Assembly (NCBI GenBank): GCA_902783675.1
Contig: CACZRW010000002.1
Span: forward strand, 1-38,144
Length of the DNA: 38,144 bases
Direction of reading: 5' to 3'
Origin: an uncultured Pseudomonadota bacterium
GTDB taxonomy: Bacteria; Pseudomonadota; Alphaproteobacteria; CACZRW01
The position numbers were made by a program, and so were the translations under genes. Positions 27,092 through 35,600 of this stretch are shown in pieces (the stretch's first letter is position 1; every line of letters starts with the position of its first letter). The notes below the pieces were generated by a model. That model did no database searches, was not told where the DNA came from, and worked only from the letters and a program-made list of their open reading frames with translations.

Positions 27092-28375
27092 TTAATCTAT
27101 CACCGCGCCGTATCCGCCGACATTTTTGTTGGTAATAAAGCGGCAGGTCTCGGGATAGTTAGGAAGTCCGTCCGCGCAATAAATTGCTCCAAATCCGCCC
27201 CACGATTTGCCGACCGACTCCGTGAAAACTTCATCGGGCTTTTGCCCTTTTATCATCAGCTTATCAGCGACTTTGACCAAGTCCTCGCCGGCGTTTTTAG
27301 TTGCCATGTAGCCGACATATTTAATTTCGGAGACATTGTCGTTCGTAACCATCATAGTTGCCCCTTTGGTAAAAGGAAGCTTTGCCGGCGCGCTTAAAAA
27401 GACGCCCGTGCCTATAACTTCTTTGCCCGTGCCGAAAGGCTCGCCCATGGAAAATACGCAAACGACCGCGCCGCCTTTAGCGTCAACCACAGCCAGCCCC
27501 GTAGCTTTACTTGAGCCGGAAAGCGTGCCGGAACTATTGTCCTTGCCCTTAACGGCGTTGATAAAGTCCGAAGCGGCCTTGTTCCCGCCTATTTCGGCGG
27601 GCAAAAAGTAAGCCGTGTCATTTCCGTATTCTGCCTTTTCGGCATCTATCCACTTGGGCAGAAAATCGCGCAGCCTTGCCTCGGTAAAGGCGACTTTGCT
27701 TTGCTCGGCGGACGACATAAACGCCTTTGCACCCTTGCCGATATAAAGCCCCTGCACGCCGTTCGCCCGCAAAGAAGCAAGGCTTGCCGCCAAGGGTAAA
27801 TCCACCACCGTCTGCTCGTCTTTAATCTTTTTATTATCCAAGGTATAGGGGCGATTCGCGACAAAGCCCGTCTTGGCTACATATTCCGAAGGCGCAACTA
27901 CCTGCTCCCACCGCCAGCGTCCCGCCTCGGCCTGCAAAGCTATCATAGCTCTGGGAAGCGCCGGCACGGCATACTTCTCTTTGGTGTTTTCATCAAAGAA
28001 AACCAGCGCTTGCCGCTTTTGCGACGAAGGGTTAAAGCTTTGGCACACACCGCCCGCGCCGAGTCCCGCGCGCGAGGGGAGGGTAACGCTCATCGTAAGC
28101 GCCATCGCCGCCGCCGCATCAAAGGCATTGCCGCCTGCTTTCAGCACTTCTTTGCCCACCAAGGTAGCGTGCGAGTCGTCTGCCACCGCAATTCCCGCGA
28201 ACTTTCCGCCCGCGCTTGTTATGCCGGAATGATAAGAATCCGCCGTCCCGCACGCCGTCAAAAGTCCCGCGGCGCAGAGTAAGCATGATAAAAAGGTGCG
28301 TTGACGAACCCCGCCGCGCCTATTACTTTTATGAATAAAAGAGGGGATATTTTTAAAATTGCAAAGACTATTCAT
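27092..28375 (-). CDS. Gamma-glutamyltransferase-family lipoprotein, catalytic motifs degenerate
   Basis: A lipobox LLTAC is followed by a GGT large-subunit-like block (ATLVGKEVLKAGGNAFDAAAAMALTMSV..AGLGAGG) and a small-subunit-like block (GLAVVDAKGGAVVCVFSMGEPFGTG). The ATG at 28375 has AAGGA upstream. The track start at 28450 is over-extended. Confidence 0.7.
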   Translation of the reverse strand: MNSLCNFKNIPSFIHKSNRRGGVRQRTFLSCLLCAAGLLTACGTADSYHSGITSAGGKFAGIAVADDSHATLVGKEVLKAGGNAFDAAAAMALTMSVTLPSRAGLGAGGVCQSFNPSSQKRQALVFFDENTKEKYAVPALPRAMIALQAEAGRWRWEQVVAPSEYVAKTGFVANRPYTLDNKKIKDEQTVVDLPLAASLASLRANGVQGLYIGKGAKAFMSSAEQSKVAFTEARLRDFLPKWIDAEKAEYGNDTAYFLPAEIGGNKAASDFINAVKGKDNSSGTLSGSSKATGLAVVDAKGGAVVCVFSMGEPFGTGKEVIGTGVFLSAPAKLPFTKGATMMVTNDNVSEIKYVGYMATKNAGEDLVKVADKLMIKGQKPDEVFTESVGKSWGGFGAIYCADGLPNYPETCRFITNKNVGGYGAVID

Positions 28376-29708
28376 ATCAACTGTCCTTATCGTTTTTCTT
28401 GTTTTAAGCGTTGTCGTTAGTGCATTTGCGCAAAGCCAGGGGCTTAGCATAATCCGCGACCAGGAAACCGAGGACGCGCTATATTCCTACACTCGCCCCA
28501 TGTTTGTTGCCGGTTCGCTTTCCCCCGATACCTTGCAAATATATCTTGTCAAGGATAGTAGCATAAACGCTTTTACAACGAAAGGGTCAATAATTTTTGT
28601 GAATACGGGGCTTATTACCTCGGCGGATAGTGTCGGCGAAGTCATAGGAGTGCTTGCGCACGAGACGGGACATATTGCCGGCGGACATTTGGCGCGCCTT
28701 TACGATAATATGAAAATTGCCCAGAGAAACGCTCTTATCTCAACCATTTTGGGCGGCGTAGCGGGTATTGCCACGGGTCGCCCCGATGTCGGTATGGCAG
28801 TGATGATGGGCGGCGAGCATGCCAGCATGATGGGACACCTTGCTTATCGCCAGGGAGAGGAAAACGCCGCCGACGCCATCGCCACCAAGATTTTGGATCG
28901 CACCAAATACTCGTCCAAGGGCTTTCTAAAGATGATGGGACGCCTTGCCAAGCAGGAGAAAATTGCCCTTAGCCAAGACTATTATTCCTACCTTCGCACT
29001 CACCCGTTGTCCGAGGAAAGGGTGAAGTTTCTAACCAACCGCGTCATGACGGAAAGGTATAAAGACGACTCGGCTCACCCCGAGGCAGAGCAAAGCTTTC
29101 AGCGCATAAAGGCAAAGCTTGTCGCCTTTTTGATTGAGCCCTACCGCACGCTTTTGCTTTACGACAAAGCCAAAAGCAGCCTTGCCGCCCGTTATGCCCG
29201 CGCTATCGCCTATTACCGCATGGGCGACTTGGACAAAGCGCTGGCACTCATGGACGAGCTTATCAAGGAAAACCCCGCCGACCCCTATTTTTACGAATTA
29301 AAAGGGCAAATGCTGTTTGAGCACGGCCGCGTAGCCGAGGCGCTTGCCCCCTATGAAAAGGCGGTAAGTCTTGCCCCCAAAGCCACTCTTATCGCCACCA
29401 GTTACGCCGGCGTTTTAATTGAAACCGGCAAAACGGACGCTGCCAAGAAAGCCGTAAAGCTTTTGGAAAAAGTTCTTTTGACGGAAAGGGACGAGCCCGA
29501 TGTTTGGCGCCTTTTAGCCTCGGCGGCGAACTTTACCGGTGACGAAGCTTTAACGGCTTTTGCGATGGCGGAATATAATTTCTTGATTGGCAATATCGAA
29601 GGGGCTAAAGTGCAAATCAAACGGGCGGAGCAGTTAATTCCGAAGAAAAGCGCGAAGTACTTGGCTCTTATGGATTTAAAAGCCGAATTGGAGAGCTTGG
29701 GGGACTAA
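28359..29708 (+). CDS. Periplasmic M48 zinc metallopeptidase with C-terminal TPR domain (BepA/YfgC-like)
   Basis: Signal peptide ending AFA-QS, HETGHIAGGH (HExxH), and a downstream TPR-like helical region. TTG at 28359 is the only in-frame start that retains the signal peptide. Confidence 0.85.
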   Translation: MQRLFISTVLIVFLVLSVVVSAFAQSQGLSIIRDQETEDALYSYTRPMFVAGSLSPDTLQIYLVKDSSINAFTTKGSIIFVNTGLITSADSVGEVIGVLAHETGHIAGGHLARLYDNMKIAQRNALISTILGGVAGIATGRPDVGMAVMMGGEHASMMGHLAYRQGEENAADAIATKILDRTKYSSKGFLKMMGRLAKQEKIALSQDYYSYLRTHPLSEERVKFLTNRVMTERYKDDSAHPEAEQSFQRIKAKLVAFLIEPYRTLLLYDKAKSSLAARYARAIAYYRMGDLDKALALMDELIKENPADPYFYELKGQMLFEHGRVAEALAPYEKAVSLAPKATLIATSYAGVLIETGKTDAAKKAVKLLEKVLLTERDEPDVWRLLASAANFTGDEALTAFAMAEYNFLIGNIEGAKVQIKRAEQLIPKKSAKYLALMDLKAELESLGD

Positions 29709-29760
29709 CTTTTTCGCTCTAAAACTAAAGATTAACTTCAATTAATGGAAAGGACCAAAA

Positions 29761-30588
29761 ATGTTAAAACAAATTGCAACTCTTGCCATCGTCTCGAGCT
29801 TTGCTTTAAGCGCCTCGGCGACCTTGAACCCTGCCGCCGCAAGCGAGTTTACCAAGGATCAAACCGCCGCGATTAACAAGCTGATAGAGGATTACATTGC
29901 CAACAACCCGCAAAAACTGATTGACAGCCTTAACAAGTTCCAAGAGGAGCAATATAGAAAGTCGCAAGAAGATGCCAAAAAGGCGCTAAAGGACCTTATG
30001 CCCGAGCTTAAGTCCGCTAAAAAGGCCCCCATTATCGGCAATAAAAAAGGCGACTTTGTCATTGTTGAGTTCTTTGATTACAACTGCGGTTATTGCAAAA
30101 GAATGTTCCCCGAAGTCCTTGCTTTCGTTGAAAAAGACGGTAAGACCAAGTGGGTGCTAAAGGAGCTTCCGACTCTGTCCGCCGATTCTACGACCGCAGC
30201 CAAGTATGCGCTTGCCGCGAACGAGCAGGGCAAGTATAAGCAGATTCACACGGCATTTATGAAACACTCGGGCAAGCTTGACGAGCAGGCGATGAAACAA
30301 TACGCCAAAACCGCCGGCCTTGATATGGAAAAGCTGCAAAAGGATATAGAATCCGAAAAGATAGCAAAGATTCTGTCCGATAACCGCGAACTTGCTACCA
30401 AGGCGCAAATAACCGGCATTCCCACCTTTGTCATAAATGACGAGTTGATTCCGGGCGCTTTCCCCGCTACGGATCTTGATACCAAGGCAAGCACGGCTCG
30501 CGCCGCCAAAGCCAAAGCTAAAGCTGATAAAGCCAAGGACAAATCTAAAGCGAAAAAGGATAAACAGGGAAAAGAAAAGGACAAATAG
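29761..30588 (+). CDS. DsbA-family thiol:disulfide oxidoreductase with Lys-rich C-terminal tail
   Basis: Signal peptide, thioredoxin-fold FFDYNCGYCKRM (CxxC) and GIPTFVI (cis-Pro loop). The tail is AAKAKAKADKAKDKSKAKKDKQGKEKDK. Confidence 0.85.
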   Translation: MLKQIATLAIVSSFALSASATLNPAAASEFTKDQTAAINKLIEDYIANNPQKLIDSLNKFQEEQYRKSQEDAKKALKDLMPELKSAKKAPIIGNKKGDFVIVEFFDYNCGYCKRMFPEVLAFVEKDGKTKWVLKELPTLSADSTTAAKYALAANEQGKYKQIHTAFMKHSGKLDEQAMKQYAKTAGLDMEKLQKDIESEKIAKILSDNRELATKAQITGIPTFVINDELIPGAFPATDLDTKASTARAAKAKAKADKAKDKSKAKKDKQGKEKDK

Positions 30589-31407
30589 GTGCTTTCCATT
30601 GACCCCATAGCATTTAGCATCGGCCCTTTGGCGATAAGATGGTATTCGCTGGCGTATATCGTCGGGATTTTGGGCGGTTGGTGGCTTATGATAAAGCTGT
30701 CTTTAAGGACCAAGTCACCCTTTACTCCGCCCCTCATTTCCGACTTTATCGCCTATGCCGTTGTGGGTATTATTCTGGGCGCAAGACTGGGTTATGTCCT
30801 TTTTTATAATCCGCACTTTTACTTTACTCACCCCACCGAGATTATAGCCTTATGGCACGGCGGTATGAGTTTCCACGGCGGACTTTTGGGAGTCGTAACG
30901 GCGGCCTTTATTTTTGCCAAAGTAAAGAAGATAAGCTTCTTTGCCATGACGGACATTCTGGCAGTTGTCGCCCCCTTGGGCTTGATGCTCGGGCGCATTG
31001 CCAACTTCATCAACGGCGAGTTATACGGCAAAGTCGCTCCCGATTTACTGTGGGCGGTATCTTTTCCCGCAGGCGGCGGAGTGCCGCGCCACCCCAGCCA
31101 GCTTTATGAAGCCGCGCTGGAAGGCTTGCTGCCTTTACTGGTATTTACCGCTCTTTGGTTTTTCGTCCCGTTCGTAAGCAAGCATAAAGGCTTTATTTCC
31201 GGCGTATTCCTTTTATGGTATGCTTTGGCAAGAAGCGCAGTCGAGCTGGTGCGTGTCCCCGATTCGCAAATAGGATACTTTTTAGGTCATATCACCATGG
31301 GGCAGATCTTGTGCCTACCCCTGCTCATCGCCGGCCTGCTGATTATCGCTTTTGCCCTGAAGCACAAAGAAAAAGGCGAAGAAAAGAACAAAACAAAGAA
31401 AGGATAG
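30589..31407 (+). CDS. lgt: Prolipoprotein diacylglyceryl transferase
   Basis: IRWYSLAYIVGILGGW, GGMSFHGGLLG, GRIANFINGELYG and HPSQLYEA motifs. The GTG start directly abuts the dsbA-like stop. Confidence 0.93.
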   Translation: MLSIDPIAFSIGPLAIRWYSLAYIVGILGGWWLMIKLSLRTKSPFTPPLISDFIAYAVVGIILGARLGYVLFYNPHFYFTHPTEIIALWHGGMSFHGGLLGVVTAAFIFAKVKKISFFAMTDILAVVAPLGLMLGRIANFINGELYGKVAPDLLWAVSFPAGGGVPRHPSQLYEAALEGLLPLLVFTALWFFVPFVSKHKGFISGVFLLWYALARSAVELVRVPDSQIGYFLGHITMGQILCLPLLIAGLLIIAFALKHKEKGEEKNKTKKG

Positions 31408-31416
31408 GAAAAGAAA

Positions 31417-32064
31417 ATGCTGACCGCACCTAATTTGGAAAAAATCCCCTATATCGAGCACGGTTTTTGCACTGCCGCCGAATCCGAGGCGCTTAAAAAG
31501 ACGCACAAAAAGCACCTGCTTTTGTTAAAGCAAGCGCACGACGACGGCGTAATTTTTGCTACTTCTTTGGACATAGGGCAAGATGTTGAGGCGGACGCCA
31601 TGGCGGCGATAGAGCCCGAGCTGATGCTGGGGATAAAGACCGCCGACTGCGTCCCCGTGCTTTTGGCGGACAAGGAAAAGCAAGTCATAGGAGCCATTCA
31701 CGCCGGCTGGAAAAGCGCGCTTAAAGGTATAGTGAAAAACGGCGTGGACGCCATGCTTCACCTTGGCGCTGCTCGTGAAAACATAGCCGCGGCCGTCGGT
31801 CCCTCAATCCGCTTTGCCGACTATGAAGTGGGAAAGGATTTTTACAATGCTTTTATGGAGCACGACCCCGAAGCGGAAGTATTTTTCACGACGGACAAGA
31901 AATACTTTAACCTGCCCGAATATGTTAAAAGCAAATTATTTGAAGAGGGAATAGAGGATATTTTCGATACCGAAATAAATACTTATAAAGACACGAGTTT
32001 TATTTCCTACCGCCGCGATAATAAAGACGAAAATCGCAACATTAGTTGGATTAAGATAAAGTAG
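31417..32064 (+). CDS. pgeF: YfiH/PgeF (DUF152, laccase-domain) family protein, short variant
   Basis: HGF, KQAHDDGV, KTADCVPVLL and IHAGWKSALKG motifs. At 215 aa it appears to lack about 30 residues normally present between the HGF and QxH blocks. Confidence 0.8.
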   Translation: MLTAPNLEKIPYIEHGFCTAAESEALKKTHKKHLLLLKQAHDDGVIFATSLDIGQDVEADAMAAIEPELMLGIKTADCVPVLLADKEKQVIGAIHAGWKSALKGIVKNGVDAMLHLGAARENIAAAVGPSIRFADYEVGKDFYNAFMEHDPEAEVFFTTDKKYFNLPEYVKSKLFEEGIEDIFDTEINTYKDTSFISYRRDNKDENRNISWIKIK

Positions 32065-32155
32065 GATAACGCAATAATCCTTGCCAAGTTTTTGCGATTG
32101 CACTAACCTGCCCGAGGTTGAAATTAACCCCTAACCAAAATATAAGGAGAATAAA

Positions 32156-32392
32156 ATGCCATCTGTAGTAAGTGATTTATGTAAGCTTTGTTTAAACTGC
32201 ACCGAAGTTTGCCCCGTCGATGCTTTCCATAAAGGCGACACTCAAGTCGTCGTTGATCCCGACACCTGCATTGACTGCGGCGTCTGCATTTCCGAATGCC
32301 CGACCGGCGCGATTAAGTCCTCGGACGAAGCGGACGAGAAGTGGGTAAAGTTTAACGCCGAGAAAGCGAAGGAATATCCCGCCGCAAAATAA
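32156..32392 (+). CDS. 2x[4Fe-4S] ferredoxin
   Basis: Two CxxCxxCxxxCP motifs (CKLCLNCTEVCP and CIDCGVCISECP). SD AAGGAG lies upstream. The length is 78 aa. Confidence 0.9.
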   Translation: MPSVVSDLCKLCLNCTEVCPVDAFHKGDTQVVVDPDTCIDCGVCISECPTGAIKSSDEADEKWVKFNAEKAKEYPAAK

Positions 32393-32442
32393 AATAGTTT
32401 TATGAGCTTATAAGGTGATAAGTTTATAAGTTGAATAAGAAG

Positions 32443-32473
32443 AAGGGCGTCGTCGTTCGCACGCCCTTTTTTC
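32443..32473 (+). terminator. Intrinsic terminator after the ferredoxin gene
   Basis: Stem AGGGCGT (32444-32450) / ACGCCCT (32461-32467) has a 10-nt loop and is followed by a T-run. Confidence 0.75.
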
Positions 32474-32492
32474 TTTATCCTTTCTCCTTAAA

Positions 32493-32550
32493 CTCATCAC
32501 CTTATCACCTTATAAACTAACCTTAACCCTTAACCCTTAAACCTTAAACC
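32493..32550. repeat. Compound short-period repeat: 8-mers CTCATCAC/CTTATCAC/CTTATAAA then a 32-mer CCTTAA-type array
   Basis: It has the same two-part organisation as 26229-26291. The last 32 nt (32519-32550) are identical to 24764-24795. Confidence 0.85.
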
Positions 32551-32610
32551 TTTAATTAACCAAAACCGTCCTAGCATCACGGGTGAAAAAGCGTTTTTTT
32601 GAAAAAATAG

Positions 32611-32637
32611 TTTTTTTTGGCAACATTTTATGCTATA
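32611..32637 (+). promoter_or_regulatory. Conserved 27-nt promoter-like motif TTTTTTTTGGCAACATTTTATGCTATA, copy 1 (upstream of the 1258-aa ORF)
   Basis: It is identical to 36558-36584. It contains an extended -10-like TGCTATACT ending about 35 nt before the ATG, preceded by a T-tract. Confidence 0.55.
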
Positions 32638-32673
32638 CTGCACATATTCGTATGGATTTTATAGGAGTTTACC

Positions 32674-35600
32674 ATGAGCAATCCGAGTTTTGAAGCAAGC
32701 GTATTCGCAAGTGACGGCGTTTTCAGCTATGTTGATATGGAAAGGGTTTTCTTCGGAAGAGGAATGCGCAGCGCGCTTCCGTCCGTGCCTATGGATCAAA
32801 TCAAGCAAATGTTTAATCAAATCGGCTTCACCAGTCGACAAAAGGAAGCTATTTTTAATTTAGCGCAAAAAGATGTGAACAATGCTTTAAAGGATTCCAC
32901 ATACTTTTCTAACTTTTTGAACCCCATGAACGGGAACAGGCCCGCTGACGGCAAAAGAGGCGACGGTAAAAGGCGCTCTTATGAGGGTAAGAATGAAATT
33001 GCTCTTAAGCTTTTGGGTCATTTAGCCGAGACAATCGGACTTTGCGATTCTACTATATCGGAAAGCTCAAGATTTGCGACCAAAGACGACAATATGGACG
33101 GCTTGATAAAAATAGCCGCCGGGGGTCAGGTTGTCATTTCCGACAATCCCGCAGAGTGGTATGTCTCTCCTTTGGACATGTCACTTATGCTTTTGGACGC
33201 GATTAAAAAGGATCCTGTCGCGCGCAAGAAAATCTTTAACCGCTATGCCGAGGAAACAAAGTTAGAGATTGACTTTTCGACTTTCGGCAAGGACAAAGAA
33301 AAGGTAGAGGAAGAGTTTGAAAATGCCCTTGTTGACCTTTTAAAAACGGGTATAAATACAAACTTCCCCAGAGCTGCCTTTAGGGCGAATCAGCATGTTA
33401 TCGCCTACAGCACCACGGTGGAAGAGTTTAAGAAGTATGTTGCAAGCTACGAAGAAAAATATGCTAACCTTAAAACGAGCTACGAAAATCTTAAAGTAGA
33501 TCCGCTTAATTATGTGGCGTTCTTCCGCGAACTGGACAGAGTCTCAAGCGAAGGCATGCAATTCGGCGGCATTGATGTTGACGGCAAAAAAATCTCCGGC
33601 GTTCCCGCTGGCGAACGCACCTTTGACATTTTAACGGATATCTTGGAAAGCCCCGCCTTTGCGTCCGAAAAATACGCTCCGGTAAGGGCAGATGCTTTGC
33701 TGCGTATTGTTGACTTTACCTACGCCCGCGACCCCGCCTTGCGCGAAGACGCGATGAAGTGGCTTACGGATGGAGATAAAGCAACCAAACTTGCCAACGA
33801 GATTAACGCCCAAATTAGAATCTTTAACGAAGGTAAAGAGGAAAAAGACAGGGTCTCCGAAATTGATCCTTATAAGCAATTCGGCTTTAGAAAGGAATCC
33901 AAAGGCTCTGATAGAATCGTTTTCGACCCGAATGCGAAGATTTTAAAAATCCGCGCGCTTTTGGTGGATTTACCTCCGACTCGCGCTACCGTGGCGATAT
34001 GGAAAAAGGCGGAAGAGACCTATAAAAACGCCGACGAAGATTTGATGGATAAGCTGGAAAGATACACCTATGACTATGTCGTCAGATCGGGTGCCGTCGC
34101 CAGATCCAAAACGCAAAGCTTTAACTTGCTTAACGACAGCGTTGTCGAGCAGTTGAAAAATCTTAGCGAGAAATACGATCCGCAAAAGCCCGGCACATGG
34201 GATTCTTTGGATGTGCAAATTGCCGCCAAGATTGCCGAGCTGGAAGAAATGAGCAAATCCGCTCCGGATCCCACCGCTCCCGACGAGGTAAGCTTCCGCG
34301 CCTTTGTTGAGGAAGTAAAGCAGTTTATGGCGGACGCCAAGCCCAGCCCCAAAGAAACAAACGGCGCCATTACGCTTCGCAATGTTGACAACCTGTTAGG
34401 CGGGCTGATTGACGATCGCCTCGGCGTAATAAGCGGCGGACACTATGACTTCAAGTTAAAGTTCTTTGAAAAGGACTTTGCCGAAATCAAAAGACAGCAG
34501 GAGAAGGGTGACTTTGCCGTGATAGAACACAGCCGTCCCGCCTCCACCGCCATTACGGAATTGATGAAAATGGACTCGGCCGAAGCAACTTCTGTAGTTA
34601 TTGAAGCGGCAGAAAAGTTTTGGAAAGAGCTGGAAAACTCTCCCGAGGAAAATCATGCGCGTATTGAGTTGAAGGAATCTCCTTTCAAAGGTCTCACCTA
34701 TGCAAAGATAACCAAGATTGAGCGCAAGAATGATGTCGCGGACGACATGAACAAAACACCTTATTCCTACGCGGTTATTCATTTTGAAGCGAACAAACAG
34801 AAGCACCAAATCGTCACTACCGGCGGCCACACTTATATAAGCCGCAACGAAAACGGTGAATTACCGCCTTTCACGGTATGGAAGGATTTAGCGGGAATCT
34901 ATAAAAACCTTGGTGCGAATCGGATAAATGTCGAGTGCGACGATTTGGCAACATACTTCTCGGTGGCTTCGGCTTTTGCCAGCTTGGGTATTGAATGCGT
35001 GAACGATCAGGTAAAGCTCTCTCCCGCTCAAGAAGAGCAGATTCGCAAGATACTTGATGCGGCAATCAGACGCGATGTTGCCACCGGCGCCAAGACTAAA
35101 GAGCGCCTCTCTACCCGCCGAGCAAAAAGCGCGGTTGATTTAAGCCAAGAGAAAGTAGATGAGTTAAAAGAGACGATGGACATGGCCCTTTGTGCCGAGG
35201 CGCTTAAAGAAAACTCCGAGCGCCTTGACGCGGCATCTCTTGAAACACAGACGCGCGTAACCGAGCTTTCGGAAAAGTCTACCGTTGAGCTGGCAAAAGA
35301 TTGGGTAGAGGTTCGCGACGCCGGCCTTACCAAATCCTTAAATATCGCCGCAGAAAGCGAGATTGCCGAGCACTTTGCCGAGGAGAAACCCGGCGCTTCG
35401 GATATTCTTGCTTTGGCGCGGTTGCAGCTGCAAAAGGAAGGCGGCGAATCCTATGATATCAAGGATTTAGGCAAAGCCATTTCCGAGACGCCCGTCGATA
35501 AGGCGGAATACATCGCGGAGAAAAAGGATAAGGTCGTGGAGTTTGTTGACGCCATCAGGCCCGACCATCCCGATACCGCCAAAGCTATTGAGGACGTCCT

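Noticed and set aside
30493-30585. Lys-rich tails on DsbA-like, Lgt and Mic60-like proteins and the Ala-rich tail of L25, as a shared functional module
   Set aside because: Low-complexity charged tails are common lineage-specific extensions. I see no shared sequence or repeat structure at the DNA level to suggest a common origin.
32618-32634. Sigma-54 promoter reading of TGGCAACATTTTATGC (also at 36565-36581)
   Set aside because: The GG-to-GC spacing is one nucleotide longer than the canonical TGGCAC-N5-TTGC, and sigma-54 promoters tolerate spacing changes poorly. The extended -10 sigma-70-type reading is more parsimonious. It is kept only as an alternative inside the finding.
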